Of a stretch of 63,888 nt of DNA, positions 11,380 through 25,600 are shown piece after piece. Source of the DNA: Carcharhinus longimanus (lineage: Eukaryota). Numbering within the stretch: the first letter of the stretch is position 1; each line of letters opens with the position of its first letter. Location: NCBI GenBank assembly GCA_030264375.1, contig JASCQW010000043.1, forward strand, positions 50,254,032-50,317,919, read 5' to 3'. The notes below the pieces were generated by a model that saw only the letters and a list, made by a program, of their open reading frames with translations, was not told the DNA's origin and ran no database searches. A program made the translations under genes and the position numbers.

Positions 11380-14300
11380 TGGCGATCCTGAGACCCTGAA
11401 TACCTGACTCACTTGAAATTGACCCAGACCAACCACCCATGTGCGAGCAGCAGCCGGCGCTGCAGCCCCAGAGTCGGGGATTTCACGGCACCGTCTTTCA
11501 GAGGCCAGGAAAACGCCCTAGAAGCCTTGGCCTATATTCAGAAGACTCCTAGAACCCAGGAAAACGGGGCTTCACTCTGCTGGTCCCCAACAACCAGATC
11601 CCCCACCCAACCCCCAACCCTTCCGACCCAGACAGCTGTGACATCCTGCAGACTCCAAGCACTCCCTCCACTCCCCCCTCTACAATTTCCCCACACTCCT
11701 AAAAATAAACTCTCACAGCCTAACAGTCACTAGCACTGTTTTTTTAAATGTACTCGCAGATCTAGAGATCCTCTGATCTCTGAAGGAAGATCCCGACCTG
11801 GCAGAGACCCACTGGGCCCCAATACACGGATCATCCACGACCCCAGGGACATCATCCACTTACAGGCCTTCGACCCATCCATACTGGAGCGTGGTCTGGA
11901 TATCCAATGAGTTGGGAAGCCAAAATGCAGCATGATAGCGACCCGGAATGCCTGACCGCGCAGACCCATTGACCAACGCAGGAACTGCAAGCAAGGCAAC
12001 AAATCCTCCATCCACACACCGACCAGAGCAAAGAACCTCATTGGACACAACATACACTGCAAACCACTTCCCAATCCATCGAATGGACCATACAGTGGCC
12101 TCAGGCAAGGCTAGGGGAGCTGGGTTCTGCTTCCTAATCAACACCTCATGGTGCCTAGACGTAGCAACACTGGCCAGTTTCTGCTCCCCAAACCGAGATA
12201 ACTGATGCTAAAATGCTGCCCCTACTAACTTCTGCAGGAGTTCACCTCCGTTATCCTGATGGCAGTTTACATCCCAACCCATGCGGACGTGAAGATCAGG
12301 CTGGATGACATATACACCACGATGAATAGCCTTGAGACAAAACATCCCCAGGCCTTGCTCATTGTGGCCGGGGACTTCAATCAGGCCGAGCTCAAGAGTA
12401 TGCTACCAAGTTACCACCAACATGTCTTCTGTTCCACCAGAGGCCCAAACATCCTAGACCACTGCTGCACAAATATCAAACATTCCTGCCACTCTATCAC
12501 ACGGCCACACTTTGGCAAACCAAACCATAAGGCTGTGCTCCTGCTCCCAGCTTACAAGTAAAACCTAAAGTAGGGGAATCCATTAGAGAAAGTCGTGAAA
12601 TGTTGGTCTGAAGAATCGGATGATCTCCTACGGGGCTGCTTGGAGTCAGTGGACTGGTCAGTATTTAAAAACTCTGCAACCAGCCTGAACAAGTATGCAC
12701 TGCAGTAACTGACTTCATTAGTAAGTGTGTAGAAGACTATGTGCCAAAGAAGCAAATCCATATGTTCCTCAACTGGAAACCGTAGACGAACATCTATAAA
12801 CTCCGTGGCCTGGGCCTTGGCACCTTCCTCTGCAACTGGATGCTGAATTTCCTAATTCACACACCACAATCAGTAAGGATAAACAACAACATCTCCTCCA
12901 CGATCGTCGTCAACACCGGAGCCCAGTAAGGCTGTGTTCTCAGTCCCCTACTATACTCCTTATACACCAATGACTGCGTGGCCAAATTCCCTTTCAATTC
13001 AATTTTCAAGTTTGCTGACGATACCACCGTAGTGGGTCAGATCTCAAACAATGATGAGACAAGAGTACAGGAATGAGATAGAGAATCTGGTGAACTGGTG
13101 TAGCAACAATAATCTCTCCCTCAGTGCCAACAAAACGAAGGAAATTGTCATNNNNNNNNNNNNNNNNNNNNNNNNNNNNNNNNNNNNNNNNNNNNNNNNN
13201 NNNNNNNNNNNNNNNNNNNNNNNNNNNNNNNNNNNNNNNNNNNNNNNNNNNNNNNNNNNNNNNNNNNNNNNNNNNNNNNNNNNNNNNNNNNNNNNNNNNN
13301 NNNNNNNNNNNNNNNNNNNNNNNNNNNNNNNNNNNNNNNNNNNNNNNNNNNNNNNNNNNNNNNNNNNNNNNNNNNNNNNNNNNNNNNNNNNNNNNNNNNN
13401 NNNNNNNNNNNNNNNNNNNNNNNNNNNNNNNNNNNNNNNNNNNNNNNNNNNNNNNNNNNNNNNNNNNNNNNNNNNNNNNNNNNNNNNNNNNNNNNNNNNN
13501 NNNNNNNNNNNNNNNNNNNNNNNNNNNNNNNNNNNNNNNNNNNNNNNNNNNNNNNNNNNNNNNNNNNNNNNNNNNNNNNNNNNNNNNNNNNNNNNNNNNN
13601 NNNNNNNNNNNNNNNNNNNNNNNNNNNNNNNNNNNNNNNNNNNNNNNNNNNNNNNNNNNNNNNNNNNNNNNNNNNNNNNNNNNNNNNNNNNNNNNNNNNN
13701 NNNNNNNNNNNNNNNNNNNNNNNNNNNNNNNNNNNNNNNNNNNNNNNNNNNNNNNNNNNNNNNNNNNNNNNNNNNNNNNNNNNNNNNNNNNNNNNNNNNN
13801 NNNNNNNNNNNNNNNNNNNNNNNNNNNNNNNNNNNTCTGGTGAACTGGTGTAGCAACAATAATCTCTCCCTCAGGGCCAACAAAACGAAGGAAATTGTCA
13901 TCAACTTCAGGAAGCATAAAGCAGAACATGCCCCTGTCTACATCAATGGGGATGATGTAGAAAGGGTTGAGAGCTTTAGGTTTTTAGGTGTCCAGATCAC
14001 CTAACAACCTGTCCTGATCCCCCATGCTGATACCATAGTTAAGAAAGCCCACCAATGCCTCTACTTTCTCAGAAATTTCTCGGAAATTTGGCATGTCAGC
14101 TACGATTCTCACCAACTTTTATGGATCCACCATAGAAAAAATTCTTTCTGGTCGTATCACAGCTTAGTATGGCTCCTGCCCTGCCCAAAACCGCTAAGAA
14201 CCACAAAAGGTTGTGAATGTAGCCCAATCCATCACATGAACTAGCCTCCCATCTACTGACTCTTGTCTACACTTCCCGCTACCTCAGCAAAGCAGCCAGC

Positions 14301-14592
14301 ATAATTAAGGACCCCATGCACCTCGGACGTTCTCTCTTCCACCTTCTTCTGTCAGGAAGAAGATACAGAAGTCTGAGGTCAAGTACCAACCGACTTAAGA
14401 ACAGCTTTTTCTCTGCTGCTATCAGACTTTTGAATGGACCTACCTTTCATTAAGTTGATCTTTCTCTACACCCTAGCTATGACTATAACACTCTCTCGTC
14501 TCCTTCTCTATGAACAGTATGCTTTGTCTGTATAGTATGCAAGGAACAATACTTTTCAGTGTATGCTAATAATAAATCAAATCAAATCAAAT
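11380..14592 (+). mobile_element. Rex1/Babar-like LINE, internally deleted, spanning a gap
   Basis: APE motifs AVYIP..ALLIVAGDFN..TRGPNILDH. RT motifs KFADDTTVVGQISNN..LVNWCSNNNLSL..NKTKEIVINFRK. Ends in an aataa(atcaa)n tail. Confidence 0.85.
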
Positions 14593-14734
14593 CCTTACTC
14601 CAGATCTAACTAGTGTCTTGTATAATTTCAGCAGAACCTCCTTGCTCTTGTACCAAAGCAGCTATTAATAAAGCCCAGGATATTGGAACTCTCTCCACCT
14701 GTCCTGCCACCTTCAGTGATCGTTACAATGATAT

Positions 14735-15080
14735 TGGGGGCGATTCTCCCAGCCCGCTGTGTACAGCAGGCCGGGAGACATCAGCGGAGGCTGTTTAGCA
14801 GGCTCCCTGCAGGGCCCAACAGCCTCTGCGTGTCTCTGTTAAATTGGCGATTAGCTTTCCATAAGCGGGCCCGCTAGTTTCTCCCCTCCTGCCAGGACTG
14901 TTTCACTCCAGTGGGGTTTGCAAGAGCTCCCCAGTAATGGGAGCTGACAGCTCGACCTTGCTGGAGTGAAGGCAGGCCATGGAGCATTCCCAATAGACTG
15001 AGGGTAAGGGGGGTGCCCCCTGGGCATTGCCAACCTGGCTCCCTGGCACTGCCCAAGGGACAAGGTGGCAATGCCCAAGT
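14735..15080. mobile_element. Truncated MITE, same family as 46354-47520
   Basis: Begins gggggcgattctccc and carries the ctgggcattgcc/ctggcactgccc repeats also seen at 47050-47150. Confidence 0.6.
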
Positions 15081-16304
15081 TCTAAGAGTCTATTGCAGAC
15101 TTTATTTTAAATTAAACACTCACATTTATAAAAGAAATTCACCACATTTATATTTGTATAATTACAAAATCCCTTAGAAGAAGAAACATTTTGTGCAAAT
15201 ATTTAATCCTTATAAAAAACATTTAAATTAATAGTTCAATGTAAAGCTGTGAAATCAGACAAGAAGTAAAATTCAGTCTTGATAACTCTCAGGCTTCTAT
15301 CAACTTACAGAGTGAAATAGCAAACAATTTTTTTTTAGCATCTAACATCTTTTTTCCCCAAAGATTTAAAGCACAGGTGTTTTAAAAGCCTTGACAGTCT
15401 AGTTGCTCTTCAAGGTTCCTTTCAACAGTTCCAATCGATTTATTTGCTTTTTACACACATTCACGTGCACCTTTCGCCATCTCATAGGGCATTTTATGTC
15501 TCCCAAAGGGCACCTGACCTTCTCCAAAGGACCTCATCCATCCAAAGGAATTTGTAAAATTTAAACCCATATCTCCCAGCTCTAACCTGCATTCACCTCA
15601 TTTCCTTTGCTGGCTACTAAAAATCAGATGTGACTGTTTTATATAGCAGTTGCAAATGTCAAACGCCTACGTGCAAATCCTGCCCTGCTCCTTTTCCATC
15701 CCCGTGAAAATGGTCAGTACTCTGTTTGAGGCTGGGACTTCTACCTTTTTCAAAAGTGACGTAGTGGCTCTCAGTGTCTAAATCCCCCTGCTCTTCTATT
15801 CTTTTGAAAGTGTGTATTTCCCCTCCTTATTCTACCTCAGTTTCCCCTGAGATCTATCTGCCCAATCTATTTAGCTGGGTCTGCTCTACCAAAGGCTTTT
15901 AACTGTTCTTTTCAGTTAACCAGGATCCCAATTTTGGACCTCATTGACTGAATTATTTCATCACCTATTTTCCACTATAAAATGAATGCTATTGAAAAGA
16001 CAGCAGAGTTCTGTCTTGGGCAGGAGCAGAAATGTAATCTTTTGAAAAGTAAATTTATGTGAACACCAGATTTGTTATTGATGCATTTTTAAATGTTTAG
16101 TGTCATACATAGGCTCTTGTCATGGAAAATAAATGTTCTGTTGCTATCAGGTTAGAGTGGTGGGGAAATTAAAGTGGAATCAATGGGCATCAGCTTTTGG
16201 ACATTTACCAGGAACAGAGAGGCTATAGCTTTTATTCAATTACCTCACTTCAAGTGGCAAAAACAAGCTGAATCCTATTCTAACTATTATTGAGTAGAGA
16301 AACA

Positions 16305-17260
16305 TTGAAACATAGAAACTAGAAGGAGGAGTAGGCCATTCAGCCCTTCAAGCCTACTCCGCCATTTATTTTGATCATGGCTGATCATCAAATTCAATGT
16401 CTGATTCTTCCCTTCCTCCCATATCCTTNNNNNNNNNNNNNNNNNNNNNNNNNNNNNNNNNNNNNNNNNNNNNNNNNNNNNNNNNNNNNNNNNNNNNNNN
16501 NNNNNNNNNNNNNNNNNNNNNNNNNNNNAAATTCAATGTCTGATTCTTCCCTTCCTCCCATATCCTTTGATCCCTTTAGCCCCAAGAGCTATATCTAATT
16601 TTGTCTTGAAATCAGACAACATTTTGGCCTCAACCGCTTTCTGTGGTAGTGAATTCCACACATTCACCTTCCTCTGAGTGAAGAAATTTTTCCTCACCTC
16701 AGTTCTAAAAGGTTTACCCCTTATCCTCAACCTACGAGCCCTAGTTCTGGACTCCCCACAATTGGGAACATTCTTTCAGAATGTACCTTTTCTAACCCTG
16801 CTAGAATTTTATAAGTTTCTATGAGATCCCATCTCTCTCTGCTAAACTCCAGTGAATATAATCCTAACTGATTTAGATTTTGCTCATATGACAGATTTGC
16901 CATCCCAGGAATCAGCCTGGTAAACCCTCGCTGCACTCTCCTATAGCAAGGACATCCTTCCTCAGATAAGAACACCAAAACTGCACACAATACTCCAGAC
17001 ATGGCCTCACCAACGCTCTGCACAATTGCAGTAAAACATCCCTATCCCTATATTGCAATTGTCTTGCTATGAAGGCCAACATACCATTTGCCTGCTGTAC
17101 CTGCATGCTTAGTTTCAGCGACTGATGCATGAAGACACCATGGTCTCGCTGAGTATCCACCTCTCTCAATTTACACCCACTCAAATAATCCGTCTTCTTA
17201 TTATTGCTACCAAATGGGTAACCTCACATTTATTCATGGTATCCTGCATCTGTCATGTAT
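16305..17260 (-). mobile_element. CR1-type LINE 3' portion
   Basis: ANGMLAFIAR..RDRDVLLQL.RALVRP.LEYCVQFW..YLRKD; LGLYSLEF; DLIETYKIL; RKNFFTQR..NVWNSLP. Confidence 0.9.
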
Positions 17261-17846
17261 AAACCTCTTCCTCCATGGTTTCTCTAAACTATGATTCCTC
17301 CCCCCGATCTCAAACAAAGTCTGTCAAGCTTACACATGGGCTGTTTTCACCATTGGAATTCTCCAGCTGTACCAGCAGTGCATCCCCACTCATGGGTTTC
17401 GCAGCAGCATGGGGTGACATCAATGGGAAATCCATTGACCATGGTGGGACCAGAGAATCCCCCTCCGCTGACGAACAGCGTGCTGCCTCCCACTATCGAG
17501 TAACACACGGCTGGGAGGCCAGAAAGTCTCGTCCAATATCTTAATTCTTGGCTTGCATTTTTATGGCCTTATTAACTTGTGCCTGGCTCGTATTGATGTA
17601 TATCTGTGTATATTTTCTGATCTGCATTACTTTAATGCCTGTTAAAAATAAATAATTCCTTCCAATGTCATTGTAACATTGACTGAAAACCCGTGACCAT
17701 TGAAAGGGTGAATTATAACTGTCTGTGCTAAGTCAAGGAGCCTATTTTCTATTATTTTCTTTGATCTGACTCTTTCTGAGAAATCTGTCACAAAGCAGCA
17801 GACCTGCACCAAGCACTCAAATGCATCACTTTTTCCAAGCTTGTTA

Positions 17847-18089
<243 letters not shown>

Positions 18090-18279
18090 TTAACCTGATA
18101 AATGCTTTTAAAAGATGCCCCTTCTAAATGTGTACATCCCAGATGATACACTAGAATACTCCGCACAGTCAGGTGTACACTCCATCCTTTATTCCATAAA
18201 TGGAAGTGACTGAAAATGTGATAGAAGGGATTAAGTGAAGCATAAGATGGATAAACTTCATAAAGCTTGGTACTTTGTT

Positions 18280-18780
18280 AGGACTCTCGCCTCAGTTTGA
18301 GAAGATAGGACTCAAGCTGTACTCCAAGATTTGTGTCGATAAGTTAGATTGATAGTCTACTGAAGGACAAAGTGGTTATGACCTTTAGATGAGTTAAATG
18401 GAAGAGCCATCAGCCTCCAGATGTTCACGTGATTTCTAGAATCTGTCGATTCATTATCTGAGGAATGCCAGGGAGTTGTCCCTGAGGTAAATTCAGAAAT
18501 CCCATCTTTCCAGCATTGACCACCCCCCCCCACCACTGCTCAGAGTCAGAGACCAATCTGCAACAATGTAGCCTTTATTCTCTAGACTCACTCTCCTTCA
18601 ACCATGGAATAATGTGGGGATGTTGCAACATTTCTCTCTCAAATGCCACCCATCACATTGCTATTTTGGGGATCTTGCTGTGTGCAAAATATCTCCAACG
18701 CTTGCTCAAATAAGAGTAATTCCACTTGTTAGTGTGAGAACTGACAGATGTGAAGATGTACTATATGTATTAGTTTCCCT
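18280..18780 (+). mobile_element. Old DeuSINE-like (SacSINE1/AmnSINE-type) copy
   Basis: Contains ctttagatgagttaaa…, cagggagttgtccc and atcacattgctattttggggatcttgctgtgtgcaaa, which resemble the Deu-domain consensus as recalled. Confidence 0.5.
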
Positions 18781-21037
18781 TGATTTGCACATAAAGACTC
18801 AGGCCAGAAATTGTCTCTTACACTTATTTTGTGACAATCAACAAACATAAGTGGAAAAGAGCGACCAGAATTTAATGCTCTCTCTGGGCGAAGGGGAAGC
18901 ATTTAACCAGGTGAGGGAATTCATCTTCCCATCCTGCCTGATTAAATCTGGGGTGTGGGAAGGCTCGTGGATGGTTTTCCTGCCCCGCCAATTGAGGTCC
19001 TTAACTGAGCAACTGATGTCCACATAAGGCCTCATCCTACTGCAGCTGGTAGGGGTTGGTCCCTTTTTATCAGTTACTCATGTCTGATTGAGGAATTTTG
19101 CATTGGAAAAGGTGGGAGACTCCTAAAGCCACTCTTTTGTCCTTCTTTCTGATCCACCCTCCCAAACTTCCCTATGACTCCCTCTGCAATCCTGGGCCTC
19201 GGGTGGGTGCATTACTGGCAGCATCCAATGCTTCCGCTTGGTGCTACCAAACAATGCACAGTTGTTGACATCTCATTGATCATCAGATGTCAAGGGCAGG
19301 ATTTCCACCCCAGGAAAGGCCTATCACTGCCCAGTTAAGTACCTGATTGGCACTTAATTTGGTGGGTCTTCCTGAAAATAGGTGATGCTGTTAGGCGAGA
19401 ATACTGTTATTATTAATATTACTGTTAAATTCTGTCCCAGTGGCTTACGAAGTATGCCCATGTAAAATAAGATGTGCAGAATTATATGAAATATTTGACC
19501 TATAACATAACCGATGTCTAGAGAAAATTCAAAGTCACTCCTGCATATTAAATCAACAATTCCAGTAGCTTTTTTCTTGCAAACGATCTTTTCTACTTGC
19601 ACTGTAATCTTTAAAAAATTATGTAGCATCATCCCGGTATCTCTATATGTAAATTTTATTCAGGCCCTGACTATATAAAACTATTGCATTCTTTCACTGT
19701 TCATTTATCCTTAATAAGATTCACAATCCCCTACATTAAACTTTATCTGCTGCTTATTTGTCCACTCCATGAACCCAACTATATCTTCCTGTGATCTCAC
19801 TACTTGAGTGGATCCACCAGAATGTAACTAAAAGGAAGATTCACATTGTGCCCCTATGAATCTTATTCCGCTAATCTTTCAATAGAGGCAGATAATATCA
19901 CCTGCGACTTAGCACTTGTCAATAAATTGCAGCAAACAGCCCACAATTTCCAACTGTGCATTTTAATGGACAGAAGTTTATGGAGAGTGCATTTGTGACT
20001 TTGCAACACCTTTTGCTGATGGGAGAGGAATGTAGAGGTAAATTGGCCCTCACAATGTAACATCCTGCACACTGTGCAGCTAGTTACACATTTAGCAGGC
20101 GAGGTAAAATTGTACAATCACATTTATTTATTTTTTAAAGAAAAACAATTTGGGTGATCTCTAGCTCATTTTAAATGAGAAACTCTTTGGCACAAAAAAT
20201 GTATTGAACAAAACTAACAATTGTATGTGTACCATTCAAATTGTAACCTCATCTGTCTCTCCTTTACATGAATTTAATTTCATTAGAAAAAAATGTAATT
20301 CTGAATGCATGTTAAGCTCTCAGTGTGATAGGAATATTGTGCTGACTTTGTACTTGTAATATTGGGAATACAGCATCAGCATGTGTAGTGTGAAGCCACT
20401 GAATTATGTTCCAGTTCTGCTGTGCTGTGACTTCCAAGACGAATTCAGGAAAGAGTAACTGAGTCGGTAACAATCTAACAACTGGAGCCCACAGAATTCC
20501 GACAATCTATCCCATTCCCAACATTGTGATGACTTCTTGGACAAACAAGCATAACTTGCAAATCGTATACTGATTGCCCCACTGTCTGTAAGATTTTGAG
20601 TACTGCTGCCAATTTGAAGACATAATGAAACATTAATCACTAAATTGTACCTCACTCTTTTTATTTATGATCAGCATGAAAGAGAATAAAAACTAAGATT
20701 ACTATTTTATGTTATTGCTCTGAAATCACCTCACTAATTCCCCTGTCAAACCCTAATATTTCTTAGCTTAGCAATAACTCTGGCTGTTCTGCTAGCAGGT
20801 TTCTGTCACTGCTGCTCTGACCTGGGTTTAGGAGGTCCACATGTTTTTGTTTTTGACCCTCCCACCACATTGCTGAGATTGGGAACTTTGTTGAGTGAGA
20901 AGAAGTGGACAAAACCTTTATTCCAGTGTTCTGCACTGTCTAGCATTTGTTGCCCAATGTGCTACTGTGGAAATGACCAATTTCATTGTTTATTAAAGTG
21001 AAAAGTTAACTTTATAAACTGACAGTAAACCAAATCA

Positions 21038-21289
<252 letters not shown>

Positions 21290-21404
21290 TTACATACAAT
21301 TTATATCAAGAAATGGACTGTTTGAAACACACAAAGTTTGCATAAAATGCAAAATGTTACAGATGGAAATCTGAAGTAAACATTGAAAATGCTGGAGCCA
21401 CTAT

Positions 21405-22285
21405 CTGCAGGTTGGTGGAATTGCAGATAGTGATAAGGACCGTCAGAGGATACAGCAGGATGTACATTGGTTGGAGACTTGGGCGGAGAGTGGTAGATGG
21501 AGTTTAATCCAGACAAATGTGAAGTAATGAATTTTGGAAGGTCTAATACAGATAGGAAATATACAGTAAGTGGCAGGACCCTTAAGAATATTGATAGGTA
21601 GAGGGATCTGGGTGTGTAGGTACACAGGTCACTGAAAGTGGCAATGCGGGTGGAGAAGGTAGTCAAGAAGGCATGGGGCATGCTTGCCTTCATCTGCCAG
21701 GGCATTGAGTTAAAAAATTGGCAAGTCATGTTGCAGCTTTATAGAACCTTAGTTGGCCGCACTTAATGTTGAATTCTGATCACCACACTAGTAGAAGGAT
21801 GTGGAGGCTTTAGAGAGGATACAGAAACGATTTACCAGGATGTTGCCTGGTAAAGAGGGCATTAATTATGAGGAGAGGTTGAAGAAATTTAGTTTGTTCT
21901 CACTGGAATGACAGAGGTTGAGGGGGTGACCTGACAGAAGTCTGCAAGATTACAAGGGGCATGGACAGGGTGGATAGAAGTTTTTTTCCCAGGTGGAAGA
22001 GTCAATTACATAGGTTTAAGGTGTGAGGGGCAAGGTTTAAAGGAGATGTACAAGGCATGTTTTTTACACAGAGGGTGGTGGATGCCTGGAACTCGCTGCC
22101 AGGGAGGTAGTGGAAGCAGACACAATAGTGATTTTTAAGGGGCGTCTTGACAAATACATGAATAGGATGGGAATAGAGGGATATGGCCCTAGTAAGGGTA
22201 GGCGGTTTTAGCTCAGACGGGCAACATGATCGGTGCAGGCTTGAAGGGTCGGAGGTCCTTTTCTGTGCTGTAATTTTCTTTGTTC
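21405..22285 (+). mobile_element. CR1-type LINE 3' portion
   Basis: Nucleotides corresponding to MEFNPDKCEVM.FG, RDLGV, VKKAWGMLAFI, YEERL, FFTQRVVDAWNSLP, then a CR1 tail. Confidence 0.9.
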
Positions 22286-22418
22286 ACTCAGCATATGAGG
22301 CAGCATTCGCGGTAAGAAAAGCAGGGAGTTAATTATTAAAATCAAAAATCTATCTTCAGAATTAGGCCATTTGGCTCATCCAGTCTGCTCTGCCATTCAA
22401 TCATCGCTGATATGATTC

Positions 22419-22757
22419 ACAGAACCCTACAGTGCAGAAACATGCCCTTCGGCCCATTGAGTCTGCACCGAACACAATCCCACCCAGGCCCTACCACCGT
22501 ATCCCTACATATTATACCTACTAATCCCTCTAATCTACACATCTCTGGACACTAAGGGGCAATTTTTTAGCATGGCCAATCAACCTAACCCGCACATCTT
22601 TGGACTGTGGGAGGAAACCGGGGTACCCGGAGGAAACCCATGCAGACACAAGGAGAATGTGCAAACTTCACACAGACAGTGATCCGAGCCAGGAATCGAG
22701 CCCAGGACCCTGGAGCTGTGAAGCAGCAGCGCTAACCACTGCGCTACCGTGCTGCCC
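22419..22757 (-). mobile_element. HE1/V-SINE-like SINE, full length, CR1-like tail
   Basis: Head gggcagcacggtagcgcagtggttagc; tail gggccgaagggcatgtttctgcactgtagggttctgt. Confidence 0.9.
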
Positions 22758-23272
22758 AATTGCTATCAACTTCTATGCCTTAGAATCTTTCTGGGGATCA
22801 TCAGGTGACCAGTTTAGTATCTCTCATTCAGGTTGTAACTAATGCCCTGCTTACTCATTTCGGGGATCACACTAATTTCTCTATTGATTTGGTCACTCAG
22901 GCACAGAGAACCGTGCCCAGTTGACTTCTGCTGCTATTGATTACACCCATGAAGCCATAAAGGCCCCAACTCAACATGTGGAAGCCTTTCCCAACCAGAT
23001 GTCCTTCCACTCACTGGGCAGAATCTTTCAATAGTTCATTAGAATGTTGGTTTCAACAAGAAAACCTGCATGCAGCTCACCAGCTGTGTAGTCGAGTTTT
23101 CTCTGCAGGTTCTCTGCTAATTTGAGTTAGCATTAGGCCAACCCCCTTGCCCCCTGCAAGCATTGGGATGCCCTCCCTCCCCTGCTGACAAGTGGTGAGG
23201 TGACCCCACAAGCACTGAGTTATCTCCTACTTCCCACGCACAAGCATTAGGGTGACTCCGCCACCTCCCCCC

Positions 23273-23307
23273 ACACACACACACACATACACACACACAC
23301 ACACACT
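23273..23307. repeat. (CA)n microsatellite
   Basis: About 17 CA units with one interruption. Confidence 0.9.
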
Positions 23308-23599
23308 TGCATGGGGTGACCCTCACCTGACACACTGACACGGGAGCAACCTCCTATTCCCCACTGGCATTGGGGTGATCCTTGGTGGGTCAGCCATGTC
23401 AGTGGCAGTGTCAGCCATGTCCCTCCCTCCTATGGGGATATATTTACCTTTGCGTCTCCAGTGGTTTCCCTTTAAACGCTTCAAGTTTTCAAAAACCTAT
23501 TGTAAAGTCAGTGAGCTGTGAATATTCAGTGAGCATAATTGTAGGGAAGCCCTTTAATTAGATTTAAATTTATTATAATTTATTGAAATAGGGCAGGGA

Positions 23600-23832
23600 C
23601 CCCGTAACCCCACACATTTACCCCATTAATTCCCCTAACCTACATATCTTGGGGCACTAAGGGACAATTTAGCATGGGCAATCCACCTAACCTGTACATT
23701 TTTGGACTGCGGAAGAAAACCAGAGAACCCTAACACGATGAGAGGGTGCAGACTGCACACAATTTCTCAAGGCTGGAATCGGACCCAAGTCCTGGCGCTA
23801 TGAGGCAGCAATGCTAACCACTACTCCACCCA
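23600..23832 (-). mobile_element. HE1/V-SINE-like SINE, diverged
   Basis: tttagcatgggcaatccacctaacctgtacatttttggactg…gaggcagcaatgctaacca, same family as 22419-22757. Confidence 0.8.
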
Positions 23833-23899
23833 ATAACAAAAATGACAATTCTCCCATAGGGAAGCCCATAATGGGCCAACTGACCAGCGTCAGCTAACA

Positions 23900-25600
23900 G
23901 TTGAACAATATTTAGAGTCTAGCTTCTTAGTAAGGAGAGCCAAATATCTACTCTGTTTATTTACAAACTTTTGTTTTTGTTTGGCAAACTTTGTACCCCT
24001 TTCAGAATGTTGAGTCATCAAGGAGTTCAATATGTTCGGATTGCATTAGTTTCTTTCAGCATTGAGGATTCTTATCATACTCCCTCTAAGTCTTAGCCAA
24101 TGTTGCTTCAAGTTGGTGATGTTGCTCCAGGTTTTTTTACATTTTATTGGTTATATATGAAATGACCAAACCCCTTACAAGATCCTCACTGGTTTCACTC
24201 ATGATTGAGGGACTTATTTCAGAGAGAGAATTGATTGAGTAAAGAGATCAAATCTGGCCTTCAAGTATGAGATAAACTTATGATCCTTAAGCGGAGATAC
24301 ATGAAGGGGAGGCAATGGCCTAGAGGTATTATTGCTAGTTTATAAATCCAGAAACTCAACTACTGTTCTGGGGACCCAGGTTCAAATCCCACCCATGGCA
24401 ACTGGTGGAGCTCAAATTTAATTTTAAAAATCTGGAATTAAGAATCTACTGATGACTGTGAAACTATTGTCGATTGTTGGAAAAACCCATCTGATTCGCT
24501 GATGTCCTTTTGGGAAGGAAATCTGTTGTCCTTATCTGGTCTGGCCTACATGTGGCTCCAGATCCACAGCAGTGTGGTTGACTCCCAACTGTCCTCCAAG
24601 GCAACTAGGGATGGACAGTAAGTACTGGCAAGTCAATGAAACCCATGTCCCATGAATGAATGAAAAAAAAAATTAAATCTCCAAGATCTAGGCCAAGAAT
24701 AATTTCCCTTGAATAAAAATTCCAGGATGACAGGACTATGATCAGAGATCACAATACTACTTATGGAGCAGGAGACCACTGAGTGTAATGTTGTTTTAGG
24801 TTTAAAGAATAATCAATTCTAGTATTACATTGGTGGGGAGCGGAAGAGAAGGTGAACTCTTTGGCCGAACTCTACCACCTTGCCCACCAGAGAATCGGCA
24901 CAAGCAAGGGTCCGACAACAGAAATCTCCGTTGAACTCGGGTGGGAATTTCTGATCTCGCCCAAGTGAGGCCATAAAATCCTTCCAAAGTATCTTTAGGC
25001 AGCAGTGTCCTCTAAACGTCCAAGTACCCCACTCCCTTGCATACTAAGATTGCGTGCCTTGCATACCAAGGATGCATACCTTGCATACCCCACTTCCTTG
25101 CAGGGTTTCTATAGGGTAGGGTTTCTAAGATACCGATGCAAATGCCTTTGCCTGATGAGTGGGTGGATTCGTAGTTATGGGAATTTTATCCCTCAAAGGA
25201 TTAAAATGACAGTTGAAGTCCCCACCTATGAAGGAATTTGCTAATTCAGCAAAATCCATAAAGATTTTAGTAACAAAATCAGGAGAATAATTTAGTGGGA
25301 CAATAGACATTTAGTATGGAAATACTTCCCCCTTATCTTTCACGCAGTTCTCCACTCTAAAGTACATATTCTTATTAGCTAAAATTGCAATCCCTCGACT
25401 ACTTTGAGAATGACTCAAAGGTCACCTTCCCCACCCAATCACACTTCAAGTTCAAGTGCTGCTGTGTGAGTTTCCTGCAGCAAAGCTTTGTCAAATTCCC
25501 CCTTTTTAAGGAAAGACAAAATCTTTTTTCTTTTTAATAGTTTGATGCATCCCCCATACATTCCAGGAGCAATGTTTCAAAGTAGCTCCTGCCTCTGCTT
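23900..25600 (-). mobile_element. L1-clade LINE ORF2 5' part (APE endonuclease), decayed and interrupted
   Basis: In order on the minus strand: CSWNVWGMHQTIKKKK (~25570), PDFVTKIF..FIGGDFNCHFNPLRDK (~25280-25190), SIVISDHSPVILE (24758-24721), LKDHKFISYLK..RGLVISY (~24290-24155). Confidence 0.75.
24306..24672 (+). mobile_element. Second tRNA-derived SINE family, inserted in the L1
   Basis: ggggaggcaatggcctagaggta (A box) and ggttcaaatccc (B box), ending catgaatgaatgaaaaaaa. Related fragments at 35705-35860, 40230-40420 and 26880-26945. Confidence 0.8.

Noticed and set aside
13085-13901. Long ORFs and an apparent direct repeat across the N gap
   Set aside because: The ORFs are mostly X. The near-identical 67 bp on both sides of the gap looks like overlapping contig ends, an assembly artefact.
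16390-16567. Repeat flanking a 100-N gap (likewise 31478-31777, 32452-33122 and 61195-61335)
   Set aside because: Duplicated sequence at gap edges is typical of unmerged scaffold overlaps or collapsed repeats, so it is not evidence of biology.
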